Shown: piece after piece, positions 1 to 12,346 of the stretch
Layout of the letters: each line of letters begins with the position of its first letter
Position numbering within the stretch: position 1 is the stretch's first letter
Source of the DNA: Leidyana gryllorum EB-2025a
Lineage: Eukaryota; Protista; Apicomplexa
Assembly (NCBI GenBank): GCA_048772705.1
Contig: JBLWGC010000133.1
Coordinates: forward strand, 62,001-126,000
Direction of reading: 5' to 3'
DNA length: 64,000 nt
Translations under genes and position numbers: made by a program
The notes under the pieces: generated by a model
The model's database searches: none
Seen by the model: the letters and a program-made list of their open reading frames with translations, nothing else
What the model was told of the DNA's origin: nothing

Positions 1-2152
1 GTACCCACGCAGGCCATGGACAGGTTTACCGACGTCAATAGAGCTCGTGACACAGTCTCGGTGGCACAGGCTGCTCTGCGATTTGAAAGTAGGGGCGGGG
101 GCGGCACTCACTATTCGGTTGGATGATCTACGAATGGGAGATCTTCAAAGGCCAGGTGCTTGGGTTGAGTGTGGGGGAGATCCTTGACACCGCAGTAGGT
201 GGGTTTCTGACGGACATTGACGTAAAAGGATAAGATGCCTTTGACGATAACGTCGCGCGTAAAGTGAACTTTGTCGATGCACACTCTCAGTACATCCACT
301 GGAGCGGGAAGGTCCTGGGTCTCGCGCTTGGCTCTGGGCATTAGCACTGAGCTCCAGGGGGGTGAGATAGGACATATCAGCGGCAGGTCTGGCGGTGAGT
401 GAGAAGGGCATTGAGTTTACGGACTTCTTATAACTTACGACTGAGTAGAGCTCTGAGGTGAGGGGGGGAATGTCTATCGAACCACAGACCCAAGTCTCCT
501 GGGAGAATGGGGTCGGGACGAGGATCAGCTGCCTGCGCGAATGTCATGTTACAGAGAGTCTCTGCAAAGCTGGATTTGACGGCGTGAGGCGCAGCCGCGG
601 CCTCGACGTGCCGAGCCACGTAATGCAACAAGGATCCAGACGTCTTGAGCCGCTGATGAGGGGGTGGCGGCGCTATGTGGAACTTTGGTTTGTATGTGAA
701 TGTGAAGAAAGCGACGTTCTCTGTATCCTGGAGAACAGCGAGGGACTCCTGAGTGGAGTTTTGGGCCATTGTGTATATGTGAAGAGACGATAGTTTCACT
801 CACTGTCTTCTCAAAGTCCCGGTCAAACGCATCACTGTGGGACACCGAACACTCTTCGACGAGCGGGAGACGTTCCGACTCATGTCGAGTTGGCGGTGTG
901 GCAGAGAGGACGAATTCCTGGAAGCAGCACTCATCTCCATACACCAAGTCCAGCACCAAGCACACTTGGGTGTGACAGAGGTCTCGCAAGCGGTCTGTAA
1001 TAACGGCTTTGAGATCTTTGATGAATACTCCGCCAGATTGGGGATGGAGATAGATTTTGGCATCCTCAGCATTCACCTTCCACCCTTCCGGATGTTTGGA
1101 GGTGAAGGGAATGTGATCGAATCCCGTCCAGGTGTGCAAATAGATGAATACGGCTTCACCCGGTTGGGCTGCTTGCAGGAATTGGTCCAAACTATTCTGC
1201 GTGGATGTGAGTTTGGCTGAGCGTCCATTACCAATAATGTGCTCTCCTGAGTCTCTCCGGGACTCGTCAGACACCTGAGTCAAAGTGTGTGGTGATTGAG
1301 CGTTGCGCATCAAACAGACTGCGTCTTGTTGCAGTGAGAATAACTTCCACAAACCGGAAGTCTCACTTACTCAGAAATCGTTACTCCACTCTGCTTCAGG
1401 ATATGGAGCGATTCGTTCACAGCCCCACTTAGGAAAGAGGGTTTGTGGTATCGGTCTTCGTCATCACAGTACACTATGAAAGCTCTGACGGGTTCGTCAC
1501 TAACGGCAGAGGGGAGGACGGAGACGGGCAGAGGCGCAACGGGCTGCTGATGATGATGATATATGTCCACCCAAGGCTTCACAAAATGGCGCTCCTCTTT
1601 CAGAGACACAGGCAGGAGCTCCTCGGTGGCGGAGGAGGACGAGGCCTCCTCGTCATGTAGACCGCCATCGCGCTCGTGTCGGACCATTGACGGTACAGTT
1701 TGGATCATAGCGTTCATATTGTTGCGCATCACCGTTGGATTTGGCGGGTTGGACACATCGGCCACCGTCACTCCCTGAGGAATGCCCAACACCGCACGGG
1801 GGTCGGGATACAAAATAGTGGTGGTCGGCATAGAGGTAAAGACAGCGGGGGTCTCTGCCCTTTTGACACCGGTTGCGGGGAAACGGCGGCTGGCAGATCG
1901 CGTGTGACGGCCGGTGGACGGGGGCGAGCCGGTGGAGGTCGTTCTGCGAACATCACTTCCACTTCGCAATACGGGAGCGATTCGTACATCTCTTCTGCGG
2001 CACAGTGGATCGTAGGGACTCGGATCAGTTCGCTCACTTTGCGGTGGATTTGGCGATGTCATTGCGTCTGCTCATCTTTACGCGTGGAGGAGGTGACGAG
2101 GGGGGCCCCGGGCTCGCGAATGATACTGTGGGGCCGGCCAATGTGTTGACAT
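1..2152 (-). CDS. Metacaspase-like (caspase-fold) protein with degenerate catalytic motifs; multi-exon, runs off the window start; start codon uncertain (2062, 2152 or 2318)
   Basis: ORFs 1367-2062, 549-1352, 428-799 and 111-347 can be joined in phase by GT-AG introns (about 750-803, 389-438 and 76-111; the junction near 1370 is less certain). Motif order resembles metacaspase p20: RAFIVY...LSGAVNE, STQNSLDQFLQAAQPGEAVFIYLHTWTG, IYLHP..GGVFIKDL, CLVLDLVYGD. Confidence 0.5.
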
Positions 2153-2399
2153 GACGGATAGTCCGTGGGGGCAAATCAACATCGACAGCAATTGGGGGGG
2201 ATGCGCTCGGATGATTAGCCATCCGAGGCATCGGGGGCAGGACGTTAGCACCGGCATCGATCGGGCAGGTCAGGCGATAGCCGACTTTGTGATGTAAGCA
2301 CTCAGCGTCACTGTTCATCTATTCTATATATATTTCTACACCCCTAAGCTATCTGTGATGTTTGATACTACTAACACTGCCAGAATATTCGAATTGCGG

Positions 2400-4652
2400 T
2401 CACGGAGCAGTTGCTTTGATTCGAATTGCGCGTGGGATGGAGTGTTCTGGACAAAATGAATCGTTCACCGTCACCTTGATGCCCTCGCCCAATGCCCTCT
2501 CAATTTTAGCCGCGTGAGGGATCCATCGGTGCGCTTGCTGCGTTTGGAACAGAATAGGGAGCAAAATACTGGGGTCCGTCGGCAGCGGAAGCTGTGACTG
2601 TGAATCACGGTTTGGTCTCAAACAATCACTTACACTGTCGTGTGTGCAATAACACGTATTGGGCAATTTGGGTGAAGTTATCGAGGTGTCAGAATCCGGC
2701 GGGGGTGCTGAGGATCCAGAGTTCGATGCAGCTGTCGTTTCGCGGTGGTGCGGTCGAGGCGATATCGGTGGGAGACATTCCTTCCGCGTTGGCGAACTCA
2801 AAAGATGAGTGTCCGACACAAACGGGAGCACACCAGAGCCTTTGTGGATATCTTTGATGATCTCTCTCTTATCGTCTCTGTCACGAGGCGAATGGAACCG
2901 CGAGCCTCCAAACACAGACTCAAATGCCGACGAGGACGAGTTGATGCTACTGAAACTCCCCTTTGAACTCGACGAAGCCGACGAAAAGGTCATTCCAGAC
3001 TCATTGGAGGGCAGTCTCGCCAAATCCTCGTGGTCGTCCTGCATACCCGTCCACAGCACACTTCTGCCGCTGAGTCGCGCGCTGGTGGCTACCGCCTCTC
3101 GACTCTTCTTCGAGGGATCGGTGGGCCCCGGAACAGCCGTACGAGTTGTCTTACTGTCAACAACACTGCCGAATTTGCTTCTTAGAGAAGAATCGGTCGC
3201 GGCAGTGTCGCCGGTGGTGGGCTGGCGGTTCACCAAATAAGTCTCCAGCTGCAGATTGTCCGGTTTGACCACCACAGCCTTATTGGCCTCCAACAGATGC
3301 ATCAACCCCGAAAAGGAGTCATCCCGAATAGTTACGTTCCTCTCAAGCAGCAGATCGACAGACGTTTTCCCGTCAGAAGAGTCCAGGCTACACAGATCAA
3401 TGACTTCCATCGCTCGCTCAGTGCGTGTGGCCTCGATGATCGATTTCGATCTCTCAGCCTCATCAGAGTGCGGTAACCCCTCCGTAGTCGCAACAACGTC
3501 GTGAGGCGCCGCAATTGGGACTTTCTCTGGCAGTACCGGAGGCCATTCAGAATTGGATGGGGGGACTATTTGATGGGCGGGGGGAAGACTTGGGTTCGGA
3601 TTCGGATTCTTTGGTACCACTGGACGAGCTTTGAGATTGAGGGGCGGAAGACTTCTGGACTTTTTGGCAATATTTACGGGAGAATTGGCGGCGGTCTTTA
3701 CGGTCTCACACTCTGTTGGGCGCAGAACCCGCGCTTCCTGTTGGTGTCGCAGGGTTTTCGCGCGGCCGACGAGTTGTGGTTCCAAATCTGTGTCTTCTTC
3801 GCCGAGCTCTCGTTGTTCCAGGCGAGCTTCAAATGGGTTCCAAACGGTGAATACGGATTTGGGAGACGCGCCCGGTTGCAGGAGTCGCTCTCTGCGCCAG
3901 TCTCTAATTGCACGATACCGTAGGATTTCCATTAGGCCGTATATATCGCGGTTGACCAAACCACGGGTACAGTTGTCGAGACAATAGGTTCCTTCTGAGG
4001 TCATACTGATCCATACCCGGAACATTTCCATAAACCACAGGTGATCAGCGGCGGGATGCGGGGCCGGGGTGACATAGTACCACTGCCAGAAAGCTCTGGT
4101 GGCAAAGATGCTGGGGTTATTGGTGGGCGGAGCACTGTTGGCTCCGCTTTGCAGAATCTCCGCAAACTCGGGACTGCGGGGCTGGAAGGAGTGCCATCTC
4201 TGCTTCCAGTTGGCGTAGAAGACTTTGAGAGCGGCGTAGCGGCCGCCCGCGGCATCGGCGGCTGGGGTTCGCACGCGTGCGGCGAGTCGTTCCGCCCTCA
4301 GGGGGTCCTGACACAGCCAGCGGAAGGCCGACTCAAAGTAGTTACCCTCGTGATGCACCAACGGCATCGCTTTGAGAACAAAGGTACTCTTCGGGAGTAA
4401 GGCGGGGTCGTCGACAGTGGTGGGGCTGCTGTTCGGGAGCAGCGGCAGCACCGGGGAGGTGGAGTCGTCCACCACCCCGCGGCCGGCCGCATCGAGCTCG
4501 CGATCCCTACCGAAAGAAGGAGGAGATGTGGGAAGCGTTACTGGGGGAGAGGAGAATAGGGGGCTGTCATTTGGCGGCAACTCTCCTCCTTCGGATTCGA
4601 GCCAAATGAGTGTTTGCGAGTTGCTGTGGAGACGAAGTTTCTCGTCTGACAT
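2400..4652 (-). CDS. Hypothetical 750-aa intronless protein with a Trp/aromatic-rich N-terminal domain and Ser/Pro-rich disordered remainder
   Basis: Long ATG-initiated ORF flanked by AT-rich gaps; no family recognised. Confidence 0.75.
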   Translation of the reverse strand: MSDEKLRLHSNSQTLIWLESEGGELPPNDSPLFSSPPVTLPTSPPSFGRDRELDAAGRGVVDDSTSPVLPLLPNSSPTTVDDPALLPKSTFVLKAMPLVHHEGNYFESAFRWLCQDPLRAERLAARVRTPAADAAGGRYAALKVFYANWKQRWHSFQPRSPEFAEILQSGANSAPPTNNPSIFATRAFWQWYYVTPAPHPAADHLWFMEMFRVWISMTSEGTYCLDNCTRGLVNRDIYGLMEILRYRAIRDWRRERLLQPGASPKSVFTVWNPFEARLEQRELGEEDTDLEPQLVGRAKTLRHQQEARVLRPTECETVKTAANSPVNIAKKSRSLPPLNLKARPVVPKNPNPNPSLPPAHQIVPPSNSEWPPVLPEKVPIAAPHDVVATTEGLPHSDEAERSKSIIEATRTERAMEVIDLCSLDSSDGKTSVDLLLERNVTIRDDSFSGLMHLLEANKAVVVKPDNLQLETYLVNRQPTTGDTAATDSSLRSKFGSVVDSKTTRTAVPGPTDPSKKSREAVATSARLSGRSVLWTGMQDDHEDLARLPSNESGMTFSSASSSSKGSFSSINSSSSAFESVFGGSRFHSPRDRDDKREIIKDIHKGSGVLPFVSDTHLLSSPTRKECLPPISPRPHHRETTAASNSGSSAPPPDSDTSITSPKLPNTCYCTHDSVSDCLRPNRDSQSQLPLPTDPSILLPILFQTQQAHRWIPHAAKIERALGEGIKVTVNDSFCPEHSIPRAIRIKATAP

Positions 4653-4835
4653 TGAGACAGAAATATGAATAAGCGGTCTATAAAGCTATGCTAGCAGTTG
4701 TGAGAGGTGTGACCTTAGGGTGAGAGAGAGTGTGTGTGTGTGTCGTGGTCTACCGAAAAAGAACGGAAGAGCCCTCTTCGACGTATGGGTGCGTGCGGCT
4801 TATAGTTGTGGGTGTCTTGGGGTGTGAGTGAGTCG

Positions 4836-5290
4836 TCAAGAGTCGTAGGTATCGATAATTTGGGAGGCGATGTCTCCGATCATTGGTCTTTGCTGCTGTT
4901 GTTGTGAGGACGGCGTAGGGAACGAAGGGGAGCGTTTCACCATGTTCCTATGGATTTGCTCTCGGAAAGCCTGCGGAGGTGCGTAGTATGCTGCCATTCT
5001 CCCCACCTCATAACTGGGCTCCTCCTGACGCCTGCGCGAGCCATAATCCAAACAGACCAAGACGACACAAATGATCGCCACTAAGAGAGACAACAGGACC
5101 CAACGACGGGTCGGTAGCGGAGGTTCGGGTGGAGCGACTTTGTCCACAACGTGTCCTGATTGGGGGGAGAGGTCACAGGAAAACAAAGGCGTGGTCACGC
5201 ACCGATTATGTTTCCGATTCCAACGCCGAGTAGCAGAACTGCGGGAACGGCAGATGCCGTGATCGCGCATAGGGCAGAGGGAATGGCCAT
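4836..5290 (-). CDS. Small membrane protein with two hydrophobic segments, 2 exons
   Basis: ATG at 5290 gives MAIPSALCAITASAVPAVLLLGVGIGNII. A GTGCGT...AATCAG intron joins in phase to ORF 4836-5348, which carries WVLLSLLVAIICVVLVCL. Confidence 0.55.
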
Positions 5291-5356
5291 TGCTCAGTGG
5301 CGCATGCAAGGTGCACCTGTTTTGGAGAGGAAGGACGGATTGGTTCAACAGTTCAC

Positions 5357-7839
5357 TCAGACCTTCTCGCCTCTTTTCAATATAATACGCGGAGGTGGTT
5401 TCGAAGGTTTGGCGGTGGAATCCTCCTTACTGACCACGCTGGACAGTGTGGGTACATCCACATCACCAGTCACCCGCCCCAATTTGATTGACTGTCGAAT
5501 CGACGGAAAGTCCTCCGAATCCATCACCAACCCGTTCCCCGCTCCACCACCGGCCTCTGGACTCTTCTTCTTATTCCACAACCGCTTCTTCTTCAGCTCA
5601 CTTCCATTCGTCTCCACGCCAACGTGTTGTTTGCCTCCCGGCAAAGCACCCACCGTCGAGTTCTTCCACCCACCGCTGCCTTTCGCGAAACCCGGCGGCG
5701 GCAGAGGCGGAGCGCTTCCAACCGGATGGGCAGTGATCTCCGCGGCAGACCGTTGACGCCCCCGCACACCCGTCGTCGACGGGTCGGGGACCGCCGAGTG
5801 ACTGCTCGTGCGTTGGGGAAGTGGAGCTCCGCTCGTAGAAGTGGCCTTTGTTGTCAATGGCTGAACGTAATCTGCTCTCGAAACCGCACTCGGGGCGACA
5901 AAACCGCTCTGAGACGGCGTGGGCTCTGAAATATCGTCCAGCGACAGCCCGACGTCACTCAGTAAACGAGAGAGGAGGTCGCGCTGGTCCCGATCACTCG
6001 TCATCAGTATGCCATCCGCACCGCCGTCGCCTTCCGCAACGACTTCACTCATCATCGAGTGCACTGACGGTACATTGCGATCCTTACCAGCGGCCTCCGT
6101 CGTCCCCCTTTCCGCCCCCGCCGCCGCTGGCGCTGTCGGTCTTCGTCGGGGAGCGGGTTTCACCGTGGTGGCTGCCGAAGAGGCGACGGACTGAGAGCGC
6201 GCCTTGGAGGCGGCGTTCACGGCTCCTCCTGCGGCGGCAGACACTCTGTGAGAGGCAGCGGCCGCTGTTTGGGGGCTGGCGTCGGGCCTCTGGAGTCTCT
6301 CGAGCTCCATGGGACTGATGCGCCTTTCCCATTTGGCGGGTCCGTGTTCTTGCAGGACTGAGATCCACGCTTGCATAGCCTTTATGAAAGGGATCACGTG
6401 ACTGCTGACAATGACAGGCAATTTTCTGAAGGACGTTCAGAGAGACCGTGCGTGGGGAAACTACTCGTGTTTGGGTCGCGCTTACGTAGACTTGATTCTG
6501 TGCGATACAGATACACTCGGCCGCTGGCCGCCAGAGAAGACGGTGGTGGAATGGAATTTCAGTCGACCTCCCCGCTTTCCAGCGACTTTGTCCCGTTTGC
6601 TCGCCCCTTTGCGACCCACGTCGCCGAGAGCTGAGATCCATACCCAGCGAATCTCGGATATCTCTTTGCGCTTCTGAGGCCCAAAAGCCGTCTTCTCGCA
6701 TAGACCGGGAATGAGAAAGAGCTTCACCGCTTGCTTCCCCACAGTCCGCTCAACAAACATCTGCAGCCGTCAATTTGAGGCAAAGAGGGGAAGAGGGGAA
6801 GAAGAAGAAAGTAGTGTTTTAATTACCTTTTCGTTTATGGTTTGAGATATGTCGAGACCAATCTCTTCGGCAATCTCGCGGATGGCACATACGACATCGG
6901 ATTCCTGTTCGTCCATTTTCCCCCGCGGGAAAGTCCAGCGACCTCCTTTCCATCCCTGGACTGATGGACAGTGTCGCTTTTGCCGAGTGCAGTGTCTCAC
7001 CTAACAAAACCTTTGTCAAATCCTTATTGAGAATGATAGCGCCCCGTAGGGGAATGGTTTTGCAATACGTAACCCAATCGCGCATTATGTGGTCTCTCCG
7101 GTTGGCGGGAATGTATCGTCTGCGCGCGGGAGTCGGAAAAGGACGCGGCGGTGGTGACGGCTTACTGGAGGATGGGGAAGGTGTCCCACAGGACCAACCC
7201 AAAGTGCCGCAGAGACAGTCTGGGCAGAGTGTTCTCATAGTTATCGTAGTAAAAATCCTCGTACCACCATTGCGCTTCCTGTTAACGAGTTGCTGTGCGT
7301 TGTGCGTTGTGGATTACCTGCACTTGGAAGTGGAGATGCACGTGGTCCTGGAGCAAACTCGGGGGGAGATTTATGAGGAAGCGGCCGAAACAGTCCAAAA
7401 GAGCGTTTTCAAAGAGGCCAAAGTCGACATGGCTCAGGGATTCGGGGGCAGTCTCGAGGATCTGAGCCAGACGGTCGAGGCTGATGCGGCGGAAATCTCG
7501 GCCGTCCGGCGGGGGCGGGTCAGGGTCGTCACAGTCTTCTTCTTCTTCCTCGTCGTCGTCTTCTTCTATTTCCTCCTCTATAATATCGTCGTCTTCCTCG
7601 ACTGCTTCTGGCCGAGGGGCCGTGGCAGGGGGGAGCATCCGCTCGTCTTTTACTACGGAAGGGATGGGGATCGAGTGGGGTTCTAGGCCGAGGTGGCAGT
7701 AACAGGGGGGCGGGGCGACAGGAAGGGAAGGGCGGCAATAGCGGCAAGCTTCCGCGCACGCCCGGCAGTAACAGTGAGGGCGAGGTGGTGGGTATCTCCG
7801 TCGGTCATTGTAGTCTTGCGGCAGCCAGGGTTCTAGCAT
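5357..7839 (-). CDS. DCP2: mRNA decapping enzyme Dcp2 (Box A, Nudix domain, disordered tail), multi-exon
   Basis: Box A LLDCFGRFLINLPPSLLQDHVHLHFQVQ|EAQWWYEDF; Nudix box GKMDEQESDVVCAIREIAEEIGL; KRKEISEIRW. Five phase-consistent introns. Confidence 0.93.
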
Positions 7840-7892
7840 GGAGCAAGAGGCCCCGAATTACAAAGAAATTTCTATCTAAACCCCACGAAAAG

Positions 7893-9021
7893 CTACAAGG
7901 CCTGGACAGACGTACTTCGTCTGTGTCCGCGTTCTGCCACGGAACGTTCCAGGTGGCGGAGAATGTGAGTAGCATTCAGGCTCAGCGCCAGGTTCATCGC
8001 ATTGTAACCACCCTGCAAAACGAAGCGTCCACCTACGACCGGCCCCCGGAAAACTGACTTACCGGAGTCGTCATGCGCGGATTTGCGCCAGAGTCCAGCA
8101 ACAACCGGACAATGTCCTCCGACATGTTGTGCACTGCCGAGTACAAAGCTGTGTTCCCAGTCTGCAACACCAATCAATCAGTCAACCACCAATCAAACAC
8201 ACACACACTCACCTTTGTATAACGGTTCGGGTCTGCCCCCGCCTTTAACAGGCGCTGCACCACACCGGTGTGACCCTTACTCGCCGCTAAATGCAGCGGA
8301 GTCGCATCGAGCTGCAATCTTAACTACACCAACGCACACACACACGGTAGAGACTCACCTTGGACAGGGCGTCCGGGTTCGCGCCATGGGAGATCAGTAG
8401 ATCAGCCGCCTCGGTACATCCACGCAGTGCAGCAAAGTGCAGCGGAGAGTATTGATTCTCTATCTTGCCCGTAGAATTCGCGGCTTCCTTCTGCTCGGCT
8501 TCCGATTCCAGAGCCTCGAGCAGGGCCTGCAGCACTTGGGGCATCCGCGTATTTACCGCAAGGTGAACCAGCGTGAATCCTTGCAGGTCAGTCGCGTGAC
8601 ATATGAATTTCAAGCGATCGCTCCGCGGCATTGCACGGAGGAGGTTCCGCAACGAATGGGGCTCGCGACGTGCTATTGCCGTCTGCAACACCGTCTGTGT
8701 GGTCGACTCCACACAGTGCGAAACGCTTCGGCGCAAAGGAGCGATGGGAGGCCGTCGAGCCTTCAACTGAGCAGTCGATACCCGCGGGGGGAGGGATGAG
8801 GAGGCCGCAGAGGATACATTGGAGATGCTTGGTTTGGGAGCCGTCCGTGGAGTCGAACTCGCTGTTGTCACAACTCCCAAACTAGGCTTCACCACTTGTG
8901 GTTCCGCCGTCTGCAGAGCGCTCCGCACCCCCCGCCTAGCACAGAAACCCGCCATCAGCCATGCCCAGGGCATGACCAGGAACCTCCCGAGGTACCGGAT
9001 CCATGTGTGCGCGATAATCAT
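7893..9021 (-). CDS. Ankyrin-repeat protein, 4 exons
   Basis: Repeats GFTLVHLAV, YSPLHFAALRGCTEAADLLISHGANPD, DATPLHLAASKGHTGVVQRLLKAGADPN, GNTALYSAV...LLLDSGANP. Confidence 0.88.
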
Positions 9022-9086
9022 CACGCTAAAGCAGGCAGGGAGTGGGTGCTCTTGTTATAGCGGAAAACCACTGGGCACACAAGATT

Positions 9087-12000
9087 TCACTGTAGGATCA
9101 GCACTAGTAAAGACGCGCTTCTGCTGCGACTGGTGTTTGTAATATCGTAAGACACAGCAGGTGGGATGATCAGCTGATCGCCTAACTTCAGACAAAAGTT
9201 CTGTGACCCGGTCATGTTCAGCCGGACCTCGCCCGACACCATGTAAATGCAGAAATGACAATCCTTTGTCGAGTCCAACCCTTTACTTTGGAGCGGCCGC
9301 AGAGATATCAAACAACAATTCATCCGCGCTCCACCTCCCAATTGCAGAATCAACCGAACCTGCACAAAGCCATCACTCTTTACCCCACCCGTTACACGCC
9401 CGATATCACTCACCTTGTAAGTCTCTCCCTGGCCACCCACAATGTCCATCCAATCAATCGCGCGCCATCGCACCATCCGCACTGAAACACCACATTCCAT
9501 GATACATACACACGTCTCGTAATCGAGCGACTTACTTCGCTCTTCTCCCCCGCCTTCATTCTCACTATAAACCGGCTTGGCTGGCGGGTTCTGCACAATA
9601 CAGCATGACACCCACGTGTGCGCACACACCGAGTCGCCTACCTGTAATCGGTCCATCCATTCCCTGGACACGCTGCATGGCTGAATTTCGATGACATCAC
9701 GTCCAGTGCGTTCAGTGGACGGGGGAGGTGCTGCCCCATTCACTTTGTTGTTCTCAGACAAGTCACCACCAGCACTCTGGGCGGCAGACACCGGGGGCAC
9801 GTCATCAGCGGATGGCCGCCGTCCAGCGCGCCCTTCTGCGCTGTTTCCCCTCTTCGGTGCACTGCTGCCAGAAGTCCGTCGGCCGTTGGCTGAGGATTCA
9901 CGAGCAGAGCTCTTTGGTCGAGCACTTGAAGATGCCGCCCCGGAGTTCCGTTTCGCACTGGCGCTCTTAGCTGAGGCTTTCTTCTTGTTCTTCAGGATTT
10001 TGCCATCCTCAATGGCTTTCTCCTCCACCTTATATATGGCCTTGGCTCTGTATGCGCGCGTACCGACAATGTCGGTGGCTTCGTACTCAATATGCTCATT
10101 CTCCCACCACTTCAGGGGAGCTATCCGGACTCTCTGGGGTCGCTGTCGCACTGCTTCAGGTTTCGGTTCAACGGGAGGAAGAGTGGTCTCTGTGATGCTG
10201 ATACGTCGTAGACTGGTGGCTTTCGGAACCGGCGGTTTCAACTTGTCGCGTTTGATTCTCTTGGCCGCGCCCTTGCGAGTGTCCGGTTCAGGACTGGCTT
10301 GAATTCCACATGACACTCTCCGGTCGGCGCTCGTGATCATTTCGGCAGCCGAACGTCGCCGAGGAGCGATTGGCTCGCCCATGACTTGGACGGGTGACTC
10401 ATTGACATCCACAAGATCGTCATCTGGGCCCAGCTGTCTTCCTCCTCCGTAACTGGAGTCGGAATCCAACATGTCAATGCTGGGGGGCGCAACGTCTTCA
10501 TCTTCGTTGTCTTCCTCGAATTCCGGTAGTTCTTCGGGTGGTGGTTCAGAGACCTTTGACGTACGTTTGGGCGCACCCTTGCGAATTGGAGGTGCTTTGG
10601 CTTTGGGCTTGACTTTGGCTTTTGCTGTGGCTTTGGCCTTTGCCCGCGAGCCCGCCTTTGTGGTGGCGCTGCCTCGCTTCTCTTTACTGACGGCAACTGC
10701 GTTGCGCTCCTCGTCGAGTGATGGTAAACTAACGAGAGGGTCGACCTCAGGCGAGGGCGCAGGCTCGGCCTCAGGTTCGGATGACGTGGGTGGTAAGTTC
10801 TCAGACGCTGGGGGATCGGGAGGGGCTGACGAGAGGACCGTTGGTAACGGGGTTGGATCATCCACCTCGATAGCTCGAGGACCGGCTGAGTCACCCTGAG
10901 TTGGACGAGGGGTGATCCATTCCGGCGAGTTCGGTTGCTCTGGTTGTTGACGTTTGGGTCTCTTTGGATTTTCCGCTGCTCGGGGAAGCGCATCGCTGTT
11001 AGACCGGCTTCGCTTACGCTTCGGGTTGGTCGGAGAAGGGTGATCCCGGACTGGAGAGGGGGAAGCCGATTGGACAAAGACAGCTTCTTTGAGCTTGTTC
11101 GCAGGCCTTCCCGGACGAGGCTCTTCCGGCAGCACCTCCTGCAGGACGTTTGCTGGCGGTTTCTTGGGAGGAGACGGCAGTGGAGGCTCAATTGGGGAGA
11201 CGGGATCGCTCCCGCTCGTAATGTCAACGATCATCGAATACGGCTCCGGCTGCTCCGCAGCGACGATGGACTGTTCATCTTCGCCGCCACCGGCGCGCGT
11301 TCCAAACGAGAACTGCTCCACCGATGAGGGGTCTTCTTGACTACGCCGTTTAGGGCGCTCCTCGTGGGCCCGGTGGGCCACACGTTCCTGTGGCGGCCCC
11401 GGAGGCGGAAGCGGTGGGGGAGGAGGCGGTATTGGTGTCGGTGGATAGTGTTCAATGAGAACAGGGCGGCGAGACGGGTGTTCCTCCAAATAGTCCCGGC
11501 GAGCTGGAGCACCGCGCACAGGGAGTGGGGGTGTGGAACGCGCGAATGCGTCCTTCTCGTGAAGAGGCGTGGAGGAAGGCCTCGCGAGGAATGGAGGTAA
11601 CATTGTCTAATTGAAGAATGTGACAAACGACTGTAACTCTCACCAGTGAGACCTCTTCAATGCCAGCCGCACGCAGTTGTTCTTGCCGATCTTGTTCAGC
11701 TCTCAGCTCGCGATACCGCTCGACTCCAGCTGACCCGCATATCGCATGAACAGCCGGTGTCAGACTCGGGAGTGTGGGCTGTTCTGCGGAGATCTCCCGA
11801 TCTTCTTCTTCTTCTCCGTCAACAAAGAGGGGAGCGGGGCGCTGTGGCTCGAGTGTGTGTCTACGTCGGGCCACCTGGGCCACAGCACGCGCAAGCGGCA
11901 GGGGAAGGGACACATTGTGGAGGAGATCAACGAGGGGATCTTCCTGTTGGGGTCGAGCACCGACGATAGCCGGGGGCGGCGGCAAGGCGTCGTCCTCGTC

Positions 12001-12280
12001 GTCGACATATTGAACCTCTGCTTCCCCATTGAGAGCAGCAACTACATTAAGGAGAGCCTGTCGGAGGGAAGCGGAGGTGGGCGAGGGAGGAGAAGGAATG
12101 CCATTGTTGGAGGGTTGGTAGCTCGATGCCTGAATAGCGGCTAACTCAGCTATGAGGGGTCCAGGATTAGCTTGAAGGTCTTCGAAAGTGCGTGGAGGAG
12201 TTTGCACTCCGCTGAACTGTCATTTGTATTTAACATACTGAAGGGTACTTTACCTGCTCGTCAGACTTGAAGGAATACAT
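9087..12280 (-). CDS. CENPC: Inner kinetochore protein CENP-C/Mif2
   Basis: CENP-C motif RQRPQRVRIAPLKWWENEHIEY and C-terminal cupin (LRPLQSKG...IYMVSGEVRLNM...LKLGDQLIIPPAVSYDITNTS). The first exon MYSFKSDEQ (ATG 12280) and ORF 11452-12207 splice in frame to the 838-aa ORF. Confidence 0.85.
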
Positions 12281-12346
12281 TCTACAGTAGCATTAAGGTG
12301 GAGCGTTTTTGAGGTTGTTGGACCTTTTCCCTACTAAACAACTCAT

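Noticed and set aside
12278-12284. Apparent 1-nt gap between ORF 12282-12506 and the CENP-C ATG
   Set aside because: The transporter's real frame ends at 12347; ORF 12282-12506 is an off-frame shadow, so the gap is 66 nt.
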